Shown piece after piece: positions 43,856 to 55,623 of a stretch of DNA of 64,000 nt. This DNA is from Octopus vulgaris (Eukaryota), in assembly GCA_951406725.2 (NCBI GenBank), contig OX597822.1, positions 49,414,001 through 49,478,000 of the forward strand. The letters are read 5' to 3'. A program made the translations under genes and the position numbers. The notes beneath the pieces were generated by a model, which ran no database searches, was not told the DNA's origin, and saw nothing but the letters and a program-made list of their open reading frames with translations. Each line of letters opens with the position of its first letter. Position 1 is the first letter of the stretch.

Positions 43856-44003
43856 GACGGGCGTCTTTCAGTTTCCGTCTACCAAATGCACTCACAAGGC
43901 TTTGGTCGACCCAAGGTTATAGTAGAAGACACTTGCCCAAGATGCCACGTAGAGGAGATTGAACCTGGAACCATGTGGTTGGTAAGCAAGCTACTTACCA
44001 CAC
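43855..44003 (-). mobile_element. SINE-A 5' half
   Basis: CTTTCAGTTTCCGTCTACCAAAT...AAGCAAGCTACTTACCACACAG. Confidence 0.8.
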
Positions 44004-44067
44004 AGTATTTATATAAAGAAAATTAAAATGTACCGAATTTTACGAAAATAGCATTTTTATTTTTGTT

Positions 44068-44104
<37 letters not shown>

Positions 44105-44105
<1 letters not shown>

Positions 44106-44383
44106 CACGTGATCACGTGACCGACCAGACCATCAGATGTTGTTACACATCGCTGGTCACAATGCGTTCGCATTGTTTTAGCCTTCGAATGACGCCACCC
44201 CGATGGCTAAGCGAGCAGGCCAACAGAAGAAAGAGTGAGAGAAAGTGTGGTGAAAGAGTACAGCAGCGATCACCACCCCCTGCCGGAGCCTCGTGGAGCT
44301 CTTTAGGAGTTTTCGCTCAATAAACACTCACAACGCCCGGTATAGGAATCGAAACCGCGAGACCACTGGGCCATTGCGCCTCC
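44105..44383 (-). mobile_element. SINE-C, alternative-tail variant
   Basis: Head and core shared with 38288. The tail differs and ends GGTCACGTGATCACGTGA. Confidence 0.8.
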
Positions 44384-44559
44384 ATATATATATATATATA
44401 AACATACACACACATATATATGTGTGTGCGTTTGTGTGCAACTATTGTAACATCGTTACTCGTTGCCAATTATTGTAGTATCGCCACTATTTATGACGAT
44501 ACTTTTTTACACTATAACAATAATAATAATAATAATAATAATAAACATATAACGAAACA

Positions 44560-45780
44560 GGGTACCATCAACTCTCCACAAACTATACGTGAAACAACAA
44601 ACGATATTCCTACAAACTACCAAAACGACACCTTACGACTTCCTGCGATTAACGCCTAACCTCTCCCGTCTCTCAATGAGACCGCTACTATTTATAGTCC
44701 TTACCAACATGAAGCATTTTTGATTTTTATAAGGACAGTCGAATCTGTAGTGTAATTCTCCACATCCAAAATATGGGTTAATTTTCTGTTTTTCATTACT
44801 TTCGGACGCACCGATTTATATGAGAGCAGTTGCTCACTTCAATTTGTTCCGTATCGTGCCTCGGGTATTTTATTCTCTGCATTCCTCAGATATTGTAGTA
44901 TTATCTTCTTTATTCTGCTCTAATTTTGTCGGAATTCGGGTACGAATTTTTTACGTCTTTCTTTACCGTTAAACTGCGCACGGAAACTAAACATTTAAGC
45001 ATCTCCCGCATTCCTCCTTAACGATTCCAGCGTATATAATAAAAACTTCGTATTTTTTGTTTTGTAATACTCATGTGTTGCCAGTGCGTATTAAATAAAA
45101 GCATTTTTCGCTGAAAATCTTAGATAGAATATCCACAGTTTCTTCAAAGCAAACTTCACCTGGTCTCTTTAGTAATATGCAATTTCAATATTTCTCATAC
45201 TCGGCTGGTGCCAACTTTCTAAACAAAAGACGGTTTTGTTTTCTTCTTGGCAGGCGGAGCATTCTTGGCTAAAATTTCCTCATACTTTCTGAAGTAAGCA
45301 ATGAAGGTTGAATCCTCCTCTGGGTTATATGGGAACTATCTGATCGAGTTTGTATCAGCATCAGGGCTGAACGAACTAGATGTGTTTTCTTTCATCTTCT
45401 GTATCAGTTGAACCAACAGTTGCTGTTGCTTCTGAAATTACAACAACTGCTTCAGCTGTTGTAATTAAATTAGCGAAGCTATTAAATCATCCATGTTATA
45501 AAAAATCGGTCCAGTGTGAGTTTCGAATATTCTCGTCGCCAAAATTGTTATAACGTGCGTGTAAACGTTGGGTGTAAGAATAGTATTACCAAAATGAATA
45601 TTTGGATATGGTTATCTACAATAACCTATCGCAGAATTATTATGTTCACACAGAACACAATCCGTACTACTCTAACGTAGTTACGATATTTTAAAGTGAC
45701 ACAGTAACTAATACGGACGATCGGCGCTGTCAACTGCCACTGACACTTCACGCAGTTCTTCATCTATTCAAATCCTTTAG
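44560..45780 (-). mobile_element. Gypsy (Mag-like) LTR retrotransposon remnant: LTR, PBS and decayed gag
   Basis: Minus strand ..ATAACA followed by PBS-like TGGCGACGAG (45532-45541). Downstream translation gives FPYNPEEDSTF and FEETVDILSKIFSEK..LFN, resembling Mag-type gag. The LTR outer end is uncertain. Confidence 0.65.
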
Positions 45781-46992
45781 TCCATTTTCATTCACGTGGG
45801 CGTGTGCAGGATCTTCCATAACAGATACTGACGTGTCAACCTCTACACCCTCCCTATTAGCATACCTCTATTCAATTTCATACACCTCTGTATTCCATGG
45901 AACACCCCTACAATACCAACCCAATTCCTTTGTTCCACTAACAACTGCTATATTGACCATCAACTCACTCACCCAACTCTATTCCCACTCTATCCTCTTT
46001 CATACCTCTCTGCATACCTTAGTAATCTCACTCAGCGACTGAACCAGTCAACTTATTTCCGTCAAATAACGGCCATTCCTTTTCTCACAATTTCAGCCAT
46101 TAATTCTAAAGCATTCAGGCAAAATAACACTATAGGCTATTATTCAAATACTACCAACACCACCCTTCCCTCTTCCTCCTCCCTTCCACCTTTACTACTC
46201 TAACTCCCTAATAGCGTACTTATTAACCCCTAACCCTTGAAAGTTATTTTCTCCTCTCACTATTCTCTATCTGAATACTCTCCAATCCCCCCCTTCTCAT
46301 ACACTCTCCACAAAATCATTCCATCTTTGAACTTCTTTCTTTCAACACATCAAGTGTAAGATCTCTTCCCTGGAGGCTTGTCGCACGAGATGATGGAATC
46401 AATCTACATACACTATTTTGGACCACCTCCCGCCCAGAAACACTTGTTGGATTTGTAATACTTTTCTTCAACCCCTTTAAGTTCTTCAACCCCTTTCTTT
46501 TCTTTTCTTCAACCCCTTTAAGTTCTTTTCTGCGTAAGTCAGATATTTTTGTATGTAAACATATACATTTTTTTTTGTAATTTATGTATTTAATCTACTT
46601 TATATATTGACCTGTCTAATTTGCTTATCCCTATATTTACTTACACACACACACACACACACACACATACACACACTCATACACACGCATTCACACACAG
46701 ACACACGTGCACACACACACATATATACAGGTATGCTTGTGTGTGAATATATTTGGTAACGTAATATACTCAAAGTATAAATATATCACCTTAAATATAC
46801 TCAAAAGAACCAAATAATAAAGAAAGGCAACCTGTTCGTGCTTAAAGCTATTTATTTTGCTATGTCATTCTAGAAGCTTTAGAACTTCTCAGAAGTCATT
46901 TTAGATTAAGTATCGTTCTTATCTGCTGCAGTTTTCTCGATAAGGTTTTCATTTTCCTAATTTTTCCTCTTAAAATACCATATTACTCCTGT

Positions 46993-47395
46993 AGGCGTAG
47001 TAAGTAGCTTGCTTATCAACCACATGGTCCTGGGTTCAGTCCCACTGCGTGGCACCTTGGGAAAGTGTCCTACTATAGCCTCGGGCCGACCAAAGCCTTG
47101 TGAGTGGATTTGGTAGACGGAAACTGAAAGAAGCCCGTCGTATATATGTATATATATATACATGTGTGTGTGTGTGTGTGTGTGTAGGTGTGTGTGTGTA
47201 TTTGTGTGTCTGTGCCCCCAACATCGATTGATAATTGATTCTGCTGTGTTTACGTCCCCGTGACCTAGCGGATCGGCAAAAGAGACCGATAGAATAAGTA
47301 CTAGGCTTACAAAGGGGTCGATTTGCTCGACTAAGGGCGGTGCTCCAGGATGGCCGCAGTCAAATGACTGAAACAAGTAAAAGAGTAAAAGAGTA
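46993..47395 (+). mobile_element. SINE-A (head partly deleted)
   Basis: High similarity to 53360-53752; tail ends AAGTAAAAGAGTAAAAGAGTA. Confidence 0.85.
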
Positions 47396-47469
47396 TTAAT
47401 CATTCTTCAAATATGACTTTTGTGCAGTGATACACACTCAGAATTACAAGACAATATAAATGCTGAGAG

Positions 47470-47720
47470 TGGTGGATTGGCAGAATCGTTAGAGCTTCGG
47501 AATAAAACTTTTTGCTGCATTTGTTTCTACCGTTTACTTTCTGAGTTCAAATCCTGCGAATCTTAACTATTATTTAATATATAGTGAGGAGGGTGTACTG
47601 GTAGAATAGTTAGAGCTTCCAATAAAATGCATTGCAATATTGTGTGACTCTTTATATTTTGAGTTCAAATCCTGCTGAGGTCATCTTTGCCTTCCATCCT
47701 TTCGGGGTCGATATAATCGA
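47470..47720 (+). mobile_element. Two old SINE-B head fragments
   Basis: TGGCAGAATCGTTAG...GAGTTCAAATCC occurs twice; core GCCTTCCATCCTTTCGGGGTCGATA. Confidence 0.65.
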
Positions 47721-47826
47721 TTATTCTTTTCTCTTTATATTCCTGGCTTACTTTTTATGTACGAAATTATCATTTAGTGAAACCTAACCATAGCAGGGAT
47801 CAATAAAATAATGACTGATCGATGAT

Positions 47827-47902
47827 GCGCAGGAGTGGCTGTATAGGCGCAGGAGTGGCTGTATAGGCGCAGGGGTGGCTGTATAGGCGCAGGAGTGGCT
47901 GT
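47827..47902 (+). repeat. 20-bp tandem repeat of the SINE-A 5' end
   Basis: (GCGCAGGAGTGGCTGTATAG)x3 runs directly into the SINE-A head. Confidence 0.95.
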
Positions 47903-48312
47903 GTGGTAAGTAGCTTGCTAACCTCACTGACAGAAGAGTGACTTTGCCTACCGTACTACGGTTTGGACGCGTTTTCTTCCCGGTAAGAGTTTTGCTGTGT
48001 TGTTAATTGTTGAATTCCTACTACTGAAAATTTGCCTTTAAACGTTGCTGAACTGTCTTGTTCTCCGGTTTTACCGGGAAATAATTGAATAATTTCTTAC
48101 CGTTGAACTGTTAGCCACTGTGGCTTTTTATTTACGTGACTATATATAGTCCCGCCAGACTATTTTCGTGCCCCTCCCCCGAATGGGGGTGGGAATTGGA
48201 ATTTTTGAACTGCTTTTTTGAACTACTTTGGAAGAAAAACTTTCTATAGGTTTCCCAGTTTTGTGGGAAACCAATATTCGTAATTTTTGTGTTGTCTAAT
48301 TTCAACAGAATA

Positions 48313-49713
48313 ATGTCTGTTGAAATTATTCACGAAAGTAGTGCTCTTGAGGAGAGCAATGTTAAAAAATTTTCTGAGGTAGCCGCAGTGGCTACCGAGA
48401 AGATTGACATCGATGTCAACCAGCTCGTCGAGCTATTTAAAAGAATGCAAGAGGAGGGTGGTGATGTTAAAATATCACCCTCCGCCAGTATCGTGGAGAC
48501 CGAGAAGCGGACCGTAGTGTTTAAAACTTTCTGTCCACAAAGCAGAAGGTTCAAACACTTTGAAAAAAGCACCATCGAGAAATGCCTGTCCCCGATTTGG
48601 AAGGACATCGTGTACGTCGCCAGGGGACGGGCATATGGCACTGTGGATGTCCGCTTCTCGGGGAAGAAATGGCCCGCGGGCATTCTGTGAACCCCCTAAA
48701 AACCAAGGAGGTGGTACTTTTTCCAAGCTATAGGGGACGCAGGTCGTCCCGGGTCAGGATTGTAGAAGCCCCGCCGGACGTAGATCCGGTAGAGGTAGTG
48801 GCCGCCCTGTTATATAAAAGGGCGGACAAAATAAAAATACTAGAAGTAACATGCTCTACCCCTCGATTTTGGCTCGGGCGTAACATTAATATATTAATTC
48901 AAGGAACAGCGGAGGACCTGCAGCTCCTTCCTGAGAGGGTGCTCGTGGGCGAGAACGTAGCCCTCAGGGTACAGGTCGAAGGCCGAAAACCCACCTGTTA
49001 CGCCTGCAACAAAAAGGGCCACATTCGTGTAGACTGTCCAGACAAGCAAAAGAAACCGCAGACACCAGGCCCCTCAGATAATAAAAAAGTCCCTACCCTT
49101 GCAAACACACCTACCCCTACAAAAACAAAAAATCCCACTCCTGCTGTTACGGTGCCAACCCCAAAACAGACTGAAGAAAAAACCCAGCCCTCGCACTCAC
49201 AAACCCCTACACTATTAAAACCTCCCACCCCCTAAAAACTGCGGCGCCTACCGAACAAACTATTGCTACCACAGACGATACCATGGAGGTATCAGAGGGG
49301 GATTTACACCAGTTCGTAAAAGAATTCGTGCAGCATCCCCGTCCACATCCCCTACAAAAAATAATAAAAACAAAGACACACCACAGACACGGAAAAAAAA
49401 ATCCCGCTCAACTGGCCCAGAAAAAGAAGACAAAAAAGAAAATGAACTCATATTAATTGAATTCGACACACAAGACAAATACATAAACGATATTGTGGTT
49501 CAGCATCAGTCAGCAAGACTGTACAACAAATACAAAGATCGAAATAGACACGCGTGGATTGCGGAAACAACGTTCAAACAATTAAAAGACAGACACCCAA
49601 ACGCCATCCGGCATATCGCGAACTTGCCGGACTATCTGAAGAAAGAGGAGAAAGAAGGGGCCCACAAACGTGTGGTGAGGTCGGCCCCCACCTCTCCAAC
49701 GAAATGTAAGTAG
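48313..49713 (+). pseudogene. Tx1 ORF1 (gag-like zinc knuckle), split by three apparent 1-bp deletions
   Basis: CX2CX4HX4C motif CYACNKKGHIRVDC and a P/T/K-rich linker. Frames connect by -1 shifts plausibly at G4 (48660), C5 (49228) and G5 (49297). Restored length ~467 aa. Confidence 0.8.
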
Positions 49714-49729
49714 AACCTTTACTTTTGTA

Positions 49730-52700
49730 ATGGCTTCGCTTAACCTTGGTTGTTTAAATGTGCGTGGTCTGAGTTCGAAGTGGAAGCAGGCTTGTTTCCT
49801 CGACGACCTCAGATCACATGATATACATGTGATGGTTGCTACAGAGACCAAGCTGGACAGCCTACAAACCTTCTCGCCTCTCCTGAATGGCTACGAGAAA
49901 ATCATGTCTCCTGGCCAGACCGGAGGGCGAGGGGGCGTAGTGGTACTGATCCGTAAAGACTTGGCTCTACAGACAAGTACAGTCTATGTAGACCCAGAAG
50001 GTGGGCTGGTCGTCCTTGATGTGACATACAGCAGTAAGGCCTTCAGGTTAATCGGACTCTATGCACCTTGTGCTAGAGGTTTCCAAACTGATTTTTATCG
50101 GCGCCTAGAGGGCTTTCTCGTGACGTCGAAGACTTTAGTGATATTAGGGGACTTTAATGCTATCGTTGACGTACACATCGATAGCGTTGGCTCGATCTAT
50201 AGGAAAGTGAACTCACGTCTCGTGGATCTGCTTAAGCGGTTTCAGCTAGCAGATCGTTACAGACTTGACCATCCGAACGTCCCAGAGTGGACCTGGATGA
50301 GTGGCGACGGAAGGTTCAAGTCTTATCTAGACAGGATAGTGATAAGAACTAGAGATAAGTCTAGTTTTAGTTGTCCACAGCTCGTCCAGGTGCCCTATAC
50401 TGACCATAGAATGGTCACGTGTAGACTGGACATAGATAGCACACTTAAGATAGGAACCGGCTACTGGAAGCTGAACAAGTCTATTTTGACACGCGAGGCA
50501 TACCGTAGCCGGATTAAGGTGTTAGTGCAGAGGGCGTTAACCGGAGCCGTGGTTAATAACCGGTGGTGGTTCACCCTCAAAAGAGCCATTCGATTCGAGT
50601 CCATTAGATTTAGTAAACAACTAAGACTAGATAGGGCTAGAATAGAAGGGCAACTAGTTAAGAACTTAGAGGAGGCGTTGAGGTTGGGCTCTGCATCTCA
50701 CATTTTAGCGGCGAGAACGGCATTAGACCGTCACCTCAAAACCAAACATGAGGGATGTAGAGTCCGGGCTAAAGTACGAGCATTGGGCCGTGAGGGAATT
50801 AATGTTGCCGGATGGGCCCGTACGATAGAAACACAGCGTGGAAACGATGCCACAATTGGGTCTCTTGTTGATGAAAATGGATGCACGATCAAGAAGCGGG
50901 ACGAGATGTGTGAGGCACTCCACAAGCACTTCGCCGAGTTGTTCGGGAGGTGCGGGACGCTGGATCATGGTGAGGCCCTTAGGGACTTCCTGTCTGGTGG
51001 CCCGCGCCTCTCGACACGAGAGGCTGAGTGCTGTGAAGGGCCAATCACAGCCGAGGAAGTAATCGAGGTGTTGGGCAAGTGCCCCGGGGAGAAGTCGCCG
51101 GGTCTCGATGGTCTGCCCTATGAATTTTATAGAAGTATGCCAAACTTGTTCGGGCACCTGCTGGCTAGCGTCTACGCCAACTGGCAGCAGAATGGGAGAA
51201 TTCCCAAGTCTGCGAGCCGGGAGGCGGTGACCTTGATCAGGAAGGACCCGAACAAGGGGGACGAGATAGGGAACTTCAGGCCCATAACTCTGTTAAACAC
51301 AGAGTTAAAGATTCTGGCCAAGGTGCTAGCAAAAAGGTTGGCGCGGGTCGTGGACAAACTTGTCGGGGAAGCGCAAACGTGCGCTATCCCCGGCAGAACG
51401 ATCCACGACAATCTCCACCTTATACGCTACTCCTTAGAGAGGGTGGGGAAGCTTTCTGGCGCAGGGGGAGCACTGGTACATTTAGACCAGTCCAAAGCAT
51501 TTGATAGGGTCGACCATCGGTACCTGGCGGCGGTCCTCGGAGAGGCTGGCCTAGGCCCGACCTTTCGAGGTTGGATCGCTGCTTTGTATAGCGACATCGA
51601 GTCTGTAGTCAAGGTGAACGGTTCCTTTTCGAAGCCGTTCAGGATCGAGCGTTCAGTTCGTCAAGGGTGTCCCCTGTCCTCGCTCCTATACGTATTGGCT
51701 CTTGAGCCTTTGCTGCGGAAGTTGGAGGCACTAGGGGGCGCGCCGCATGATCTATGGTGTGGAAGAGGAGCTACGGCGTATGCGGATGACACCTCCATCA
51801 TCGTGGCAGACGAAGGCCAGCTTCCAGTGGTGGAAGAGGCCATAAAAAGCTACGAGGCGGTGGCAGGAGCAAAGGTTAACAAGGACAAGTCGGTCGGTTT
51901 GCAACTCGGCACCTGGAGGGGCAAGCCGATGCCGTCCAATAACGTCGTAGGGCGTTGGACGGAAGGTCCTGTTAAGCTGCTCGGAGTCTGGTTCGGGCCA
52001 GACCTCCAGATTGAGAAAAATTGGAGTGAGGTGGCCAACAAGGTGACCGCTCTAACCCAGACCTGGTCTGGGCGGGCGTTATCCCTGCTAGGGAAGGCGG
52101 AGGTGGTGCAGATGTTTATAGCATCAGTAATCACCTACCGTCTGACCGTGGTGCCTTGCCCCGATTTGTGGCTGAACAAGTTGGAGAGAATCCTTTTCCG
52201 ATTTTTGTGGAAAGGAGGAAAGCCACTTGTAAAGCGCTCTGTCTGCTGCCAGAAACCGCTAAAGGGTGGGCTAGGGATGCCTTGGCTGAGGATGCGAAAA
52301 CTCGCGTTAAGGTTGAGGCACCTCTGGCTTTACCTGGATGGAGAGCAGGTGTGGTCGCCGCACGTCCGGTTCTACCTTCCCCAGTTAACATCCCTAACGG
52401 ACATCGGTGCATGGATCAAGCGGAGACCTAAACTGAGCGAATGGCATTTGGAGTGCCGTCAGGCGCTCCAGCTACTATCTCGGGTGGGCAACGCCGGCAA
52501 CAGGAGTTCCACCACGGATTTCTATAGCGGGTTAGTGGAGATTAAGTCCGAAGACGCCTTGGGGGAGACCCTGGGCTACGATGAAAATCAGTTGATCAAC
52601 CTGTTCCGGAGGACGTTCGGGCCGGGGTATCTGGATAATTACCAGAAATCCCTAGCCTGGCAGTGTTTCCGTGCGGCTTTACCTGTTCGCGACAAGCTGT

Positions 52701-53131
52701 CAAGGCACGGTAGTGCCGTCTCGCCGACATGCCCGCGATGTGAGCAGGATAGGGAGACCGTCTTGCACGCATTCGTGGAGTGTCCGGAGTTATCGGGACT
52801 GATAGCTTTTGTAGAACAACTGTTGTCAGTGATGGGAAGAGTACAGCTATCAGCTGAGTCTATCATCGAGATTGTGCCGCCCCCTTTCCTTAACAGGGAA
52901 AGAAAGGCTTGTTTTTTCTGTGTAGTAGCCATACTGAAAGAAACAGTATGGAAGACGCGTACGAAAGGTATAGTGACAGGCACCTTTGTCTCCGGCCAGG
53001 GGTTGATTAACTTTTTTAGTTACCACCTCAGTAGCAAAATCAGGCTGGAGAAGAGGTGTCTGTCACGAGATATGTTTGTGAAAAGATGGAAGCCTGTGGC
53101 ATACAAGATGGGTATGTTTGGCACCAGGTAA
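49730..53131 (+). CDS. ORF2: APE endonuclease, reverse transcriptase and C-terminal zinc finger (1133 aa)
   Basis: APE motifs LNVRGL, ETK, YAP, GDFN, LDR, TDH; linker YWKLN; RT motifs KSPGLDG, RPITLLN, LDQSKAFDRV, VRQGCPLS, YADD; zinc finger CPRC..ETVLHAFVEC. Uninterrupted. Confidence 0.97.
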   Translation: MASLNLGCLNVRGLSSKWKQACFLDDLRSHDIHVMVATETKLDSLQTFSPLLNGYEKIMSPGQTGGRGGVVVLIRKDLALQTSTVYVDPEGGLVVLDVTYSSKAFRLIGLYAPCARGFQTDFYRRLEGFLVTSKTLVILGDFNAIVDVHIDSVGSIYRKVNSRLVDLLKRFQLADRYRLDHPNVPEWTWMSGDGRFKSYLDRIVIRTRDKSSFSCPQLVQVPYTDHRMVTCRLDIDSTLKIGTGYWKLNKSILTREAYRSRIKVLVQRALTGAVVNNRWWFTLKRAIRFESIRFSKQLRLDRARIEGQLVKNLEEALRLGSASHILAARTALDRHLKTKHEGCRVRAKVRALGREGINVAGWARTIETQRGNDATIGSLVDENGCTIKKRDEMCEALHKHFAELFGRCGTLDHGEALRDFLSGGPRLSTREAECCEGPITAEEVIEVLGKCPGEKSPGLDGLPYEFYRSMPNLFGHLLASVYANWQQNGRIPKSASREAVTLIRKDPNKGDEIGNFRPITLLNTELKILAKVLAKRLARVVDKLVGEAQTCAIPGRTIHDNLHLIRYSLERVGKLSGAGGALVHLDQSKAFDRVDHRYLAAVLGEAGLGPTFRGWIAALYSDIESVVKVNGSFSKPFRIERSVRQGCPLSSLLYVLALEPLLRKLEALGGAPHDLWCGRGATAYADDTSIIVADEGQLPVVEEAIKSYEAVAGAKVNKDKSVGLQLGTWRGKPMPSNNVVGRWTEGPVKLLGVWFGPDLQIEKNWSEVANKVTALTQTWSGRALSLLGKAEVVQMFIASVITYRLTVVPCPDLWLNKLERILFRFLWKGGKPLVKRSVCCQKPLKGGLGMPWLRMRKLALRLRHLWLYLDGEQVWSPHVRFYLPQLTSLTDIGAWIKRRPKLSEWHLECRQALQLLSRVGNAGNRSSTTDFYSGLVEIKSEDALGETLGYDENQLINLFRRTFGPGYLDNYQKSLAWQCFRAALPVRDKLSRHGSAVSPTCPRCEQDRETVLHAFVECPELSGLIAFVEQLLSVMGRVQLSAESIIEIVPPPFLNRERKACFFCVVAILKETVWKTRTKGIVTGTFVSGQGLINFFSYHLSSKIRLEKRCLSRDMFVKRWKPVAYKMGMFGTR

Positions 53132-55100
53132 GTGTGACCGGATCAGAAAGTAAAGGTTCTACCCGGATGGCTGGGTGTCCGTCCTTCGACATGATCATTA
53201 ATATTTTTAAACATTGCCTTCGTAAAATTCATTGTTTATAATCTTATCCGTAATTTCATTCGAAAATTGTAACTGTGTTAAGCTACTTCACCCTTTATAT
53301 TTGTCTGTCCTTGTTTGTCCCCTCTTTGTAAATGCCTAAATGGCAAATTATATGAAATAAAGTAGCTTGCTAACCAACCACATGGTTCCGGGTTCAGTCC
53401 CACTGCGTGGCATCTTGGGCAAGTGTCTTCTGCTATAGCCCCGGGTCGACCAATGCCTTGTGAGTGGATTTGGTAGACGGAAACTGAAAGAAGCCTGTCG
53501 TATATATGTATATATATATAAGTGTGTGTGTATATGTTTGTGTGTCTGTGTTTGTCCCCCTAGCATTGCTTGGCAACCGATGCTGGTGTGTTTATGTCCC
53601 CGTAACTTAGTGGTTCGGCAAAAGAGACCGATAGAATAAGTACTGGGCTTACAAAGAATAAGTCCCGGGGTCGATTTGCTCGACTAAAGGCGGTGCTCCA
53701 GCATGGCCGCAGTCAAATGACTGAAACAAGTAAAAGAGTAAAGAGTAAGAGTATTCGATTCGTTCACCCATATGAATTATGTCTCTTAACGCATTTTAAA
53801 TTATTTCTTCAGATATAAATTATACTGGCCAGATATTATTCCTAACTTTTTCTCTCTATATAAAAATGTTTGTGACTTGATGAAGCAAGCTCCAGTTGAC
53901 TATTTTCTGCTGATGAGGCTTAATATAGGTTTTCTATTGCTTACAAAGATGAGCGTTTTATCTCTCTAAAGATTAAATACGATAGATTAATTCTTAAGTT
54001 CTTGAAAATGTTCCACCTTTTCTTTGCGAGTCGGGGTGGGGGGGTTCTGTGTATTCTTGCCAAATCAAAGCGAAATTTCAGTGTTTGAGTATGTCATTCA
54101 GTATATTACATTTTAAACATTTATATTAAATTACACATCTTCCCCCTTTTTTTTCTCCTCCTACAGCAACAATAGCAACTGTTGCTGCTGCTGCTGTAGC
54201 TTCTCCTCCTTCTCCTCCTCCTCCTCCTCCTCCTCCTCCTCCTCCTACTACTACTACTACTACTACTACTAGATAATATTCTCTTAGATACGCTATGTTA
54301 AAAAGCCTGTAATGCGCTGTTGGAACATTCTTGATGGGGGTCCTGTTAAATAAGATTTGAACAGGGGTTAAATAAGTCTTTACTCCCTCTGCCTCACATT
54401 CTCTATCGTTTGTCCCTTCATTCCCCCATTTCCCTATCCCTCTTTCCATTTTATCTCCTCTTCCTTTCCCTATTCACTCCAGTATATTCATTTTATCGCT
54501 CTGTTCTTTTCGCCCCTCCTTCTCTTTCCTTCCTTCCTCATCTACGCATTTCCCTGCCTCCTTGTCCCTTTCTATGTCACACAGAAACATGCATATAACT
54601 TAAACATATTCATTATTACTCTGCAATTTTTACATGTATATAATGAAAGTTTTTTAAAATCTAAATTAAACGGAGATGAAAAGTAATTTCGACATACGTG
54701 CTAAAACAAAGATAATACATCTTTACACACATGCTTTTTTTTCTTTTGGTTACACTTATGTAAACGTTCTAAATTATCGATCTTCTCTCTGTCCCACTTT
54801 TCTCCTCTCCTATCCTAAAATCTCGTCTATTTTATAGCAGAAAACTACTCATGCAGTTTCTTTTAATTCTTTTCATATGATCATTGTATAGCTTTTGCGT
54901 GATCGATACAGCGAGAAACAAGCTTTGAAATTGCTAGGACACATTTTTCATTAGTAAGCATAATTAGTCAGGCTTTAATTTTCTCATTTAAAAGAGAATG
55001 AAAAAATCTAATAAAACTAATAAAATGATCAATTTACACCATCAGTCAGTTAAAAGAAGTACCATAAAATGAAGATCTAACTGTAATTAGCTAATTTTAC

Positions 55101-55148
<48 letters not shown>

Positions 55149-55150
55149 CA

Positions 55151-55195
<45 letters not shown>

Positions 55196-55223
55196 GTTAT
55201 TATTGTTATTATTATTATTATTG

Positions 55224-55420
55224 AGTCGACGAACTGGCATAACCGTTAGCACGCCGGGTAAAATGTTAAGTTGCATTTCATGTATCTTTACGTTCTGAGA
55301 TCAAATTCTGCTGAGATTAACTTTTCTTATCGTCGTCGATCGAATAAATACCAGTTGAGTTCTGGGGTCAATGTAATCGACTTATCCCCTTCCCCAACAT
55401 TCCTGACCTTATTATCACTA
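55224..55420 (+). mobile_element. Diverged SINE-B following (TTA)n (55100-55222)
   Basis: GAACTGGCATAACCGTTAGCACGCCGGG...GTTCTGAGATCAAATTC. Confidence 0.7.
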
Positions 55421-55623
55421 TATATTTTAATTTACAGAGAAAACGTCTTCCTTATATCTCTTGCCCGCGCGGAGCCTTGCATTTATGTGATTAAAATCAC
55501 CAAATAGAATTAGGAACCAGGTCTCTTTCAAATTACTCTTCCTACAAAACTTAAGGGATCGAATAGATTAATTCTTACTATTTGTGTTCCTAGAGTATAT
55601 TTTCTTTTACCAGACAGTAGAAT

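Larger units (their letters stand above)
47924..53359 (+). mobile_element. Full-length L1/Tx1-clade non-LTR retrotransposon with 16-bp TSD
   Basis: TSD AAGTAGCTTGCTAACC at 47908-47923 and 53360-53375. Contains 5' UTR, ORF1, ORF2 and a 3' UTR ending GAAATA with no poly(A). Confidence 0.95.
47886..53752 (+). mobile_element. SINE-A split by the Tx1 LINE (47886-47923 and 53360-53752)
   Basis: Joining the halves across the TSD restores a sequence colinear with the SINE-A copies at 34966 and 46993. Confidence 0.92.

Noticed and set aside
45830-46540. Pyrimidine-rich segment possibly from a PLE 3' region
   Set aside because: Too decayed to read a convincing motif.
47905-47912. Target sites resembling the splice donor GTAAGT (also reversed in the TSD at 10102)
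   Set aside because: The orientation differs between the two cases and the other junctions lack it; likely coincidence.
48655-49305. Programmed ribosomal frameshifting in ORF1
   Set aside because: Three successive shifts would be needed; sequencing error or mutation is simpler.
50723-52983. Antisense and overlapping ORFs within ORF2
   Set aside because: Expected shadow ORFs of a GC-rich coding region, with no recognisable motifs.
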